Positions 49,945 through 64,000 of a DNA stretch of 64,000 nt are shown one piece after another. Made by a program: the position numbers and the translations under genes. The notes under the pieces are model-generated. The model made no database searches. It worked only from the letters and a program-made list of their open reading frames with translations, and was not told the DNA's origin. Source of the DNA: the human T2T-CHM13v2.0 reference genome, Homo sapiens. The stretch is from NCBI RefSeq assembly GCF_009914755.1, contig NC_060940.1; one strand, written 5' to 3'. Position 1 is the stretch's first letter, and each line of letters starts with the position of its first letter.

Positions 49945-50230
49945 GCCTCAGTTAGGATTCCATTTGGCAGCAAGTAAACACAAAACTCTACTACAATCCC
50001 TTAAATAAGGAATTTATTTATTGCGTGTGACAAAAAATCCTAGAGTGAAAAGTCTAGAGCTGATATGGTGCTGCAATGATGTCAACAAGAGCTATGTTCC
50101 TTCTATTTTCTTTACATCCTTAGTGTGTATCTTTCTTTCCAGTACTTCCTGGTTGCCTGACATCCCATCAGGAACCCTGCTCATTTTCAGTGTAGAAAGT
50201 GAGGGAAAAAAAAGGGGCTCCCAGTAAATT
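49945..50230 (-). mobile_element. MLT1J/L-like LTR fragment
   Basis: tcagttaggattccatttggcagcaagtaaacacaaaactc...ttaaataaggaatttatt. Confidence 0.55.
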
Positions 50231-50679
50231 AAAGAGAGAAGGAATTTTAACCTGGGAACATTACTGTCTTGATAAAATGAAAGTTTAAATAAGTTCAAAG
50301 ATAATGATGAGTGTGTCCCCTACAGATTCCGATTGGTAGTTCTAAAACACCGATCAATTTCACCAGTGAAGCCCTACACATTCTACTTATGAAGTGACAG
50401 TCTTGTAAGGAATCTTCCCCTAGCATATTCCTGATGCCCCATTCTTCAACACCCATAGTCCCCAACCCCACTCACCACACTTCCTGCCAGAAACACTTCT
50501 GATTTTCATTCTCACAGTGACTATTCAATAGGCACAAGCAATAGATCAGCCATTGTCGTGACCAGATGCTGAATAGCTTTTAGCTTGTGTCACACACAGA
50601 ATCTTTGAGTAGCCTGCTAATATTTCTAGTAACAATTCAATTGTTATATATTTTATGTGGTTCAGGCAGTTTCCTGCAA

Positions 50680-50890
50680 TGTTAAGTGCCTGGGCTTCAG
50701 AATTCAATAGATCTATTTTGAATTCAAGACAGAGCTAAGTGAAGCATCAATTATTGATCTTCCTCAAGGCACCATTTCTGCATCTGTAAAATGGGCAAAT
50801 GGTTTCTACCATCAAGGGACTTTGTCAGATATAAACATACTATGGCATGTGAAGTATCTATACAATGCTGAACACAGATTGGGTTCTAAA
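50680..50890 (+). mobile_element. MIR
   Basis: catttctgcatctgtaaaatggg core. Confidence 0.65.
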
Positions 50891-52471
50891 TATACGCTCG
50901 ATTATACCCTCTACTGTATACATACACCAAATCATCATGTTCTACACCTTGAATATATACAATCTTTATTTGTCAATTAGAAATTGCTGAATAAATTTTT
51001 GAAAAGAGTGAACAACTTCCTCCGAGTCATGTGGTGAATCATATATGCAGAGGCTTTCATCTGGTTAAATTCTACTAAGGTATAAATATTTAAATCTTCC
51101 ATCATAGTCCACAGAAAGCATTTCTTGGCTTCCTGTGGAGCCATTTGTGTCTGCACTTGAAAATAAGTCTTTGTATTTCTGTCTCCAGAAGAAGATTTTG
51201 AGCCTTGTACAGACTCATTATTTACCTACAGCATTTAACATAATGCCTGGTATTAATACATTGTGGCTATTTCATGAATGCCTGTTTGACTGAACATAAA
51301 CATTTTATTCACAAATCTTTTGCCAATAACAACACATTAAACCTCAGTTTATTCATTTATAAATGAAGAAAATAAGAAAAAAAAGTCTTATTGTTGAGGA
51401 GACTAAATAAAACTGCATGTAAAATCTGAAGTACAGTATTTGGAACTCAATTAATTGGTGCTTTCTCTTACCTTTAATTTTAAAGCCAATAAAATAAATT
51501 TATTAAATTAATACATTTGCTTTAACTGTTTAACGGTCTTACATGCTAAAGCCTATAACTTATAAAATAAATTCACTGACCAATGTGTATGGCTCTAAAA
51601 TATTTGGCACTAATGACATGAATACTTGCATAGAAGTCACAGAGAAGATCACAAATACTTAAAACAGGTCTTCCATTAAGTCTGTAAAGCTCTGCACATC
51701 AAACAGCTTGACCACTGATAGGTCCATCCGTTCTTGGAAAAGTTCACAAGAACTAAAATTCAGTGGATACAGAAAGGTGAACCCCATTAAATTGTAGCTC
51801 CATTTTAAGAATTAAAAATTTTAAAAGTAACTCAGAAATACACCTTAACAAATATTCAAGATGTTTCAAATGCTTCATGTCTCCTCTAAATTTTAAGATA
51901 AAAAATATTGGAACTTATTAATTCCTCAGATCTTATTCCAAATATAAGTAATTAATTCAGTTAAGTTTATTTGGTCCATTCCTTTTATCTTTCAAGGTTT
52001 TGGAAAAAATTTCCCTCTGGCTTGTATGATAATAAAGTCAGCAGGTCATGTGGTTTGGGCAAATTCTGATTATTTTCCACTTTAAAATATTGATATCCTT
52101 TAACGCAATAATTTTATATCTAAGAATTATTCTAAGATGAATATCAGAGAACCATACACAGATTTAAATTTGAAAATTTCCTTCATAAATGCATTTGGTC
52201 GTATCCTTTCTTCCACTACAATATATACATTGTATTTGGAGAATCATTAGGTAATTTACAGTGAGATCACAAATTAATCATTGTGCAAGCATTTATATTT
52301 ATATTTGTAATTATTATTTTTATGACTTGGAGAAGTGTTTATATAAGTAAAAAAAAGTAACAAAAATATTATGTAGTTCAGTTATACTGCATATGCCATT
52401 TTGATTGTATAGAAAAAATATTATATGGACACATTCTATAATGTTGACAGTGATCATAATTGGTTAGTTCA

Positions 52472-52790
<319 letters not shown>

Positions 52791-54944
52791 GGGATTATAG
52801 TTGATATTAATTTGTATATGCATTTTGTATTTTGTACAATGGGCATGTGTTACTTTTTTAATAAGAAAAACATTTTCAACTATTTCACTAATCAGTTAGT
52901 TAACCCTCTGATATGCTACATATTTCATATTAAAATATGGCGGTGAACATATTAATTTTTTTCATAAAGGCCTTTTAGAGAATATAGAGTGCTAAAAATA
53001 GAGAGGAGCTTCCGAATTACAGACTGATGAAAGTTCAAGTGATGGAAGAAGCTCAAACCAACTCTAGATGGACTATGACTTAGATACATATCCCATTACT
53101 ATTTTCCCCAACTAGATTTGCAGAAAGATTTTGATCCCTTGGTCTTGCCATGATTATGTATAAGATAAACCATACATGTTTTTATTACTATAATAAAGAT
53201 TATTTACTAGGATGTGTAGATTTTACACATAACAGTACCAGAGATTGCTGTTTGTGGAAAGCAATTGCTATTTTTATATCAATACTGAAGCAGTGCCTAA
53301 CCTGCAGAGCTCTTTAATTGCTAGTGAGTTTTTTACAACCCTTCCTCCAATGCAAGGTCTGGATTTCATTTTCATGCTGGAGTTTTGTTGTTCAATCTCA
53401 AGTGGCCTTTTGCCATGGCCATTACTTTCCACTTTTACTCATCTCTCTATTTCTGATTTTATTCCTTCTGGACTTGATTTCTTGCTGCTCCTGACACCTG
53501 CTCCAGCCTGATAAACTGACAGCTCCAATTGTAAATCTTGCCCCGATGCTTTCTTTTCCCCAGGATGGAAAATAGCGTGTTCCAATGGGTTATAACACTT
53601 TAGCAAACATCAGGAATCCTGTCCCTTTCACTTTGGGACTCTATTGTTTAAAAAGAGACATGCTGCTCCTTCTGTCTGGTAAGCCTTGCACCGTCGCCCC
53701 TGCCCCCTCTCAGCTGCCAACTTTTAGCTCTCCAACACTCAATTCAGATGACTTCTCCCAAGGCAACTGCCTGGACACCCTCCTGGATAATATTCCTACA
53801 CCTGTGCAAAGGCCAGGTTATGTGGTCTGCTCTATGTTCTCATTGTTCTCTCTGCTGTTTTCCATCAGAAGACCACCCTGGCTATAAGTACTTGTCATTA
53901 TTTGTCTGCTGTGCAGTGTTTCTCATGCTTAACATCTTTTTTCTTTTTCTCTGCTTCATACGCAGCAAATAACACAATACGTATTTTTTGAGTTAATGGT
54001 CAATGAATGAAATAAGCCTCGTAGGCAAAGAAAAAGGGAAACTGACCCCAGGAGATTTACACTTAGAACAAGGACTCAAATCTGATAAAGCAGACTCTAA
54101 TTCTGAATACTAAAAAAAGCAGGCATGCAAATGAAATGTCTAAAAGTGTGTCTGTGTGTATGCAGATCCCTGTACACTTCCTGTACACAGTGGCATCCTC
54201 CTTGGCAGAAGCACCTGCATTGGACTCTGACATTGCCCATGAATATTCTGATTATAAAATCCCAGCTTTTAGGAACCAGATGTCCTTAGCAGATTTTACT
54301 CAATTTAAGTTTTTGATTTAGTTCTCTTTTGAAAGTTTGAGTGCTGAATTATCATGGATATTTCTAGCCGGGGGTATTCAAGGTCTATAATTTATTTGGG
54401 GATGAAGCACACCGTTTGGTATAGAGAGTAGGTATTTGATTCTAAGTTTTATAAAACACTGTTACCTGTTTCTTTACTCCCCTCTTTTTCCCTAATGATC
54501 AATATGACATGTTTTTCCTTTTTTCTTCTTGCCACACAATTCCTTTTTCCCCCTGAAAACTGACAAGGTTTCTCTTCAATAACATGCACGTGGCAGGCCC
54601 ATATTTTAACATGTTTTCTGCAGTAAACAGCCCCGGGATAGCTATAACTAGGACTCCTTTCCTAGGTTGTAATGCAGATGAGATTTTCATTTTGCATATA
54701 CATCACTAAAAATAAATATGTTTTTTTATTATAATAGAATTAACACAAGCTTATTAAATACAATTGGCAATACAGAGAATACTAGGAGTAATTCAAACAT
54801 ATACCCTCATAGCCCCACAATACAAATTCAATTATTAATATTTTGAAGTTATTTATTTTCAGTGACTTTGCTCTATGCAGCTTTATATCCTTAAGATTAT
54901 ATTATACGTAACAACTGAAATTTATTTTACTTAACATTCCATCC

Positions 54945-55120
54945 TGCTTGGGTTCAATTTCCAACTTGGCTGCTTGCTAACTGAATGAATTTATTAATTT
55001 GCTTAAGTTCTATGACCTGCCTTTGACTCTGCTTCCTCATCTGTAAAATAGGAATCAAAATGACTACCTCGTAGGTATTTAAATGGTCTATGAGATAAGT
55101 AAAACATTTACAATAGACTT
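54945..55120 (+). mobile_element. MIR
   Basis: cttgggttcaatttcc...cttcctcatctgtaaaatagg. Confidence 0.7.
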
Positions 55121-55532
55121 TTTACAGGAAAAATAATGGCAATGATGATGATGATAATAATAATAATTGTTAATGCTTTTTAAGTGCCAGACACTGCTTT
55201 AGATCATTTTTTTTCTCCTTGGGAGATGGAAGATAGTTCGATGTTATGTGAGGATTGCTGACGTCCAGGAAAGTAAAATCTGGTTTTGGTATTGCTGCTT
55301 TGAGCTGCCTGACTTAGATCAAGTCACTTTACCAATTTTGACATTATTTTCCACAACATTTTAATAAGAGTGTAGAAAAGATGATAGCTAATAACCTTCC
55401 CTGCTCTATGCCCAAACAAATATGTCAACTCTTAATCACGAGAGTTCCTGTAAATTATGCCCCAAAGAGGAAAGACAGAAGAGAGAGAAGAGATAATGAT
55501 GTTTCAGCAGGCATATAAATTTGTGTTGGGTG

Positions 55533-55809
<277 letters not shown>

Positions 55810-56859
55810 GTGCTAGGTGAAAGAGGCATTCGTTCTAAAAATTCTTGTTTAATGTTTCTTGCTTTGTTAGGAGTTTAATTCCAGATCATCACTCTGATAT
55901 AACATTATTTGAAACCAAATATTTATTTTAAATGTGTGTTTACCTCCCCAGCTTTCTCACTTTAGAGTAGTATATTGTTGGTCTTCTTTTTTTAAAAACA
56001 AATTATAAACAAATACTTGATGTTTTATTTAAAGGAATCTGTTACATTTCAGAAGAACCACTTGCTCTAGAGGGAAGAAAGGCATCATAGTCAAATAGTG
56101 GGGGAAAGGAATTAAATTAGTGTGGGAAAAAAAAACGGCAGAAATTCTGTACATAAGACAGATTTAGCGGCAAGAGAAAGACACAAAATAAAGGAAAAAA
56201 AAAAACCCACAGACTGAAGCTTTAGTATATTTACAGTTATGTTTCCATAAAAAGGGAGGTGGCCAGGATCACAAAGGAAGGTACATCAAGCAGCATTGAG
56301 GGATCTGATTTGGTACATGTGGTAATGTAACAGCTCAGTCAACTCAGTCACACCCCAAAGTCTACTCCATACAGATGAACAAATGATTGAGAAGGAAGTA
56401 AAGCTCATCACAGCAGGACTCATGCACTCCCTTGGTTCCTTCGTGAATCCAGATTTCAGAGGTCTCTCGGAAAGTGTTTCAGCAGCCAGCAGTGAAGCTC
56501 AGAAGAAAAAATGTTTTTTTTCTCATTACAAAAGAGTTAATCTGAGTTTTTGTGCTTTGCAAGTCTTTTACTTCTTTTGATGACCCTTATCACGTTGTTT
56601 GAAGAAATTCCAGAAACTTCCATCTACCTTACTGGCGTAATGTCCGGCAGCAAACCCCTTGGATCCTGTGACTTGGAAAATGGGCATCTCCCGTGCCTCG
56701 TTTCCTGTGTAAACTCTTCTAAAAGCTGTAAAATATTGGTTCTTGCAATTTAGACTATGCTACTAGTTCTTACTAGCACAGCCAAGTTTACTTTATGAAG
56801 TTGGGTTTATTTGTTCCCAATATAAATAAAACACAGATCAAATTATTCAGTACCCATCG

Positions 56860-58625
<1,766 letters not shown>

Positions 58626-60364
58626 AAATATTTGAATTTAGTTGATATTGATATAATTTTTTGCAAACATTAATTGTATAGGTAACTAATAAAAAGTAAA
58701 TTTAGTAAATACCTAGCAACGAGAAATATATGGTTTCTCATGACTCATGGCAATGTGATTTGAGAAAAAGTATCCATAAAGGTTTTATTTAAATAATGTT
58801 CTATAAAGTAGAAAATCTATTGAATTAGAAATAAATATACTTGATTTGTCCTATTTTGGAAAATGGTCTGCTATTTGGGTGAATGAGAATTTCTCTGGAA
58901 TTCTGTAAATGATTACTTATGTGAAGTGGTGGATATTAAATAGATCATTTCTAAAGGCTCCACCAGTTTCAAGGAGCCATGACTAATGATTTCCTTGGAA
59001 AAGTGAATTTAGATGCTGTCAAAAAAAATTGGCCTCATAAAGATTGTATGGATATGCAAAGTGTACATAAATTACTGCCAGATAATTATATTGGATTGGA
59101 AAATAAAGGAGTTAAAGATCTTAGAGTACAATAATCAAGTCCAGCTATGAACTCACTGTGGACAGAAATCATGCAACGTTGTGTTGCCATGAACAAGAAA
59201 CATACCTGCCACAAATTGGTGTTCAATTACTATTTACAAATGAATTAATTTAATCTAGTCTAACCACTCAGCTATAGCCTTTCTCACATGTAGTTTTCTT
59301 TCTCAATAACAATGATCAAAGAGAAGTTTGAGAGCCAAGGCACAGAAATGCATCCCTGAACTTAAAAATCATGTAGTTAGTGAAGATGCAGTTAATTCAT
59401 ATCATGTATATCAGCACTCAGATTTGTCTTTCATGTTTGTACTTAAAAGTAGATCCTCTTGAAGAAAACTTAGTTTCAATATAGAATTGCTCCATTAAGA
59501 AAAGGTACACTATATTTGCATTGGAGTTATATTTCCAACGTGCAAAAAATCAGCTTGTGTCTATATTTTTTTATTTGACTTTTAGTGGTTCAAAATTCTT
59601 TATTTTTTTTTTATTGACAGGCACTCCTGTTCTATCAGTATGATTAGAGCTCCTAAGGATGCTATTGAAGATATCTTTGCAGGGACTGAATTTTAAGGCC
59701 TTGCCTATACGGGTAGCATGGGATAATATGCTATGTGTGACTCGCCTTCTACCACGGTGGAAAAAGGTAAATGAGTCTTCTTCAAGTAACTGTCAGAAGG
59801 AACCACAGAGTATTTTTTATTGTTGTTGTTATTTTATATTTTTCCATCACATGCTGAAAATAAATTTTACAAATTCAATCTTTGTTCATTTAAATGTATC
59901 TCAAATGATTACTTATCCCATAGGAACATAAAGATTACGTTAAAAAAAGTTGGAAAAGACAAAAAACAAATTCAAAAAGTCATATGAATAATATAACTAC
60001 ATCTGTGTTTTATCAATAAAACTTAATGAGGCAGAAATTGTATTTTTTCCCAGAGGCACTGAAACTAGTATACTCATAATGCTATTATTGTATTCCTGGT
60101 GTCACGAATGAGGTTAAAAACTATATCTATAGCATTATTCCCAGCATCCAGAATACTAATGCATCAGCAGGGGGTTATCTCTTCTGGGCTGCAAGTATTG
60201 AATCTGGGAAAATGAGAAGAATGTGGGATAATTAATCTAATTCAGACACCTGAAAACTCCAAAAAACTAAACATTACCTAAGCAAGCAAACTTTTTCTCT
60301 TCCTAGAGAAGTGTAGTCTGTTCTTTAAGGCTGATAAAGCAGGCTATTAGATCTAGAGCACATG

Positions 60365-61210
<846 letters not shown>

Positions 61211-61319
61211 TAAACTATCCTAAATCCTGTTAAGCATTTGAACTATACGATTGCATCAATTACTTTTCCCCTGATTTCTCCAAAAGTTTCCAGATCACCA
61301 AATAAGATGAAAAATATTA

Positions 61320-61680
<361 letters not shown>

Positions 61681-61819
61681 ACAAATTGCACTTTGAAGGG
61701 CAATGCTTACAACTTTGGTTTGTCATCCTAGAAGCCCCTTCGTCATAAAATCAAAGAAACTTAATCTCTTCCAACTCCTTCCTGTTTAGCTACCAATCCT
61801 AGAGTCTAACTCTAATTGA

Positions 61820-62024
61820 CGAGAGAGGCCACACACTTTTAAATAATCAGATCTCGTGAGAACGCACCCACTATCATGAGAACAGCACCAAGTGGATGGT
61901 GCTAAACCATCCATGAGATATCTGCCCCCATGACCCAGTCACCTCCCACCAGGCCCCACTTCCAACACTGGGGATTACAGTTCAACAAGAGATTTGGGCA
62001 GGGACAAATATACAAACCATATCA
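61820..62024 (-). mobile_element. MSTA/MSTB LTR fragment
   Basis: gagaacagcaccaagtggatggtgctaaaccatccatgag...aaaccatatca. Confidence 0.9.
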
Positions 62025-62592
62025 GTTATCAGAGATTAAGCTTTGTCTGGGTGTGATATGGGAGACTGACCCGCAGGATGCATAATGAGGGCTGGTAAAT
62101 TTACAACAAAACAAATCAATATACAATATATTCAAATGACGACTGCTGCTACTAAGAGACAAATGTCTCACTAAAAATTGTATAATTCACTATAAATAGA
62201 CCAATATTTCATTTTGTTGAGGATCTTTTCTGTTGCATTTATTTAAAACAATGATAATATCAAATCAAAAGCAAATAATATATAACTAAGAGACATTTTG
62301 AGAGAAAGAATATTTCACAAATCAAGTAGTTTACAACATTAGTCACAGAAAGGCAATCTGAGATTTGCTCCCAGATGTTTCTTGCTCAAATATAAAAGCT
62401 GGTCAATAATGCAAAATGAAAGCAAATAATATATTATATAATGAATATATTATTTTTAGAATTTTAGCAAATAAAACAATAAAATAATAAAAGTTTAAGT
62501 GTCATTGAAGATGATATATCATCTATGTGGAAGTGCAATGTGTGTGTATACACATGTATTATATGTATCGTATACATCTTGTATCATTAGTA

Positions 62593-62757
62593 TTTTCTTT
62601 TCTTTTTTTACAGAGATAGGAGTCTCACTCTGTCACCCTGGCTACAGTGCAATGGTGCCATCATGGCTCACTGCGGCCTCAAAATTCTTGGTTCCAGCTA
62701 TCCTTCTGCTTCAGCTTCTTGCATAACTGGGACAACAGATGCACACCACCAAGCCCA
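62593..62757 (-). mobile_element. FRAM / AluJ right arm
   Basis: gagtctcactctgtcaccctggctacagtgcaatggtgccatcatggctcactgc. Confidence 0.85.
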
Positions 62758-62901
62758 ATCTATTTCTTTCACCCTCTTGGTCACTCTCCAGCACATTAAA
62801 CACACACTGTTAGAATCATCTAGTTGTCAATACTTTAAACACTGTTTTTATTTCTATGTTCAGTCATTGCATGAGGATTAAACCTGCAGTTGGCTTAAGG
62901 T

Positions 62902-62937
62902 GTTTGTTTGTTTGTTTGTTTGTTTGTTTGTTTGTTT
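62902..62937. repeat. (GTTT)n microsatellite
   Basis: Seen directly. Confidence 0.95.
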
Positions 62938-63611
62938 ACATGGTTTAGGAAATTTGCCACCGACCAAAATAAATTTTGAAATCTTTGGTTATGCCACTTC
63001 TCAAAACTGAGCTAATATGATTCTGATAACTAATAAATAATATTTTTGTATCTTTTTCTAGAGGTTTTCAACTTATAGAGAATGTCTTAACACCCTCTCT
63101 TCCCTCTAAACACCCATGACAGGCATGAAAATACAGCTCTGGTTTTATAATGGAGCTCAATGAGAAGAATAAGTAGATACAAACACATTTATGCAAACTA
63201 AAAGATAATTAAACATATTTTGTGATAGGTTAACCTAGTTTTAGTCATAAACAAACAGGGAAGAAAATTTTTCCTATGAGTTACAATTCAAAATTTCATT
63301 AAACTGTCAGAACAACTTTCAAGATATCTATTTTATAAATAAAAATGGCAGAGTAATATTTGGATCATCCGGTAGCTTACAGGAATTATGACTGGTCTTT
63401 AATGCATGTCATCTAATTGCCTTTTCAGAATGAAAATGCACCTCTGAAAGGCTGAAGTAACTCTATTTCTTAATTTGAAAAAATTTTCACTTCAAAGTTT
63501 CTGAAGAGTATCAAAGGAGCTACTTCTTGGAAAGTGATGGGCACTGTTACTGACATATAAGAATTATTCAGTACATGCTTGTTAATGGTATTATGTTAAT
63601 AAGACTCTTGC

Positions 63612-63798
63612 TCTTTTCTCCTCTCTTTCTCTCTCTCATATATATATATATATACACACATATATACATATATACATATACATATATATGTATATGTATA
63701 TATGGTGATACGTATATATGTATATGTATATGTATATATGGTGATTAAAGGTGATATATGGCTTTGGATATATGGGCTTTGGATATATGGGCTTTGGA
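63612..63798. repeat. CT/TA/TATG low complexity followed by gatatatgg(g)ctttg x3
   Basis: Three 14-15-bp units at ~63753-63797. Confidence 0.9.
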
Positions 63799-64000
63799 AA
63801 GGTATTTCTGAAAAGATATAGGTATGGACATTTACATTCTTTGCATAAAATATGGCATTGATATCAGTAATTATCCTATGTCCATCTCTAAACGGTTTTC
63901 AGATGATACTTTCCTTGTCATAGTTGATATAAATGTGTATCTATGGGATGAATGGGATAAGTTTAAAACTGCTCCACAAACTTCTAGACACATACTGGTG

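Noticed and set aside
63410-63462. Micro-exon ccttttcag|...gaa|gtaact
   Set aside because: Weak donor; expected by chance in 64 kb.

Overview
AT-rich primate genomic DNA, almost certainly human or great ape: it carries AluJ/S/Y elements (one with AluYk11-type diagnostics), L1PA/L1M, L2, MIR, MaLR/ERVL LTRs, Tigger3 and MER5. I find no credible protein-coding exon; the ORF-track entries I could place are Alu, L1 or microsatellite read-through, or chance ORFs. L1 fragments lie on both strands without clear bias, so I cannot tell whether this is intergenic or intronic, and I cannot name the locus. I see no support for a new gene system. The most unusual structure is a nested inverted-repeat complex at 43474-44953: an old ~100-bp pair of inverted arms (~75% identical, possibly the ends of a DNA transposon) capped by a perfect 46-bp inverted duplication. 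Other notable items: a second fossil palindrome at 39079-39633, a tailless U2 snRNA retrocopy with a 19-bp target-site duplication (TSD), an L1MA whose 5' end is fused directly to late ORF2, and CpG-retaining CTCF-like sites. Repeat subfamily names come from my recollection of consensus sequences, and boundaries of old repeats are approximate.
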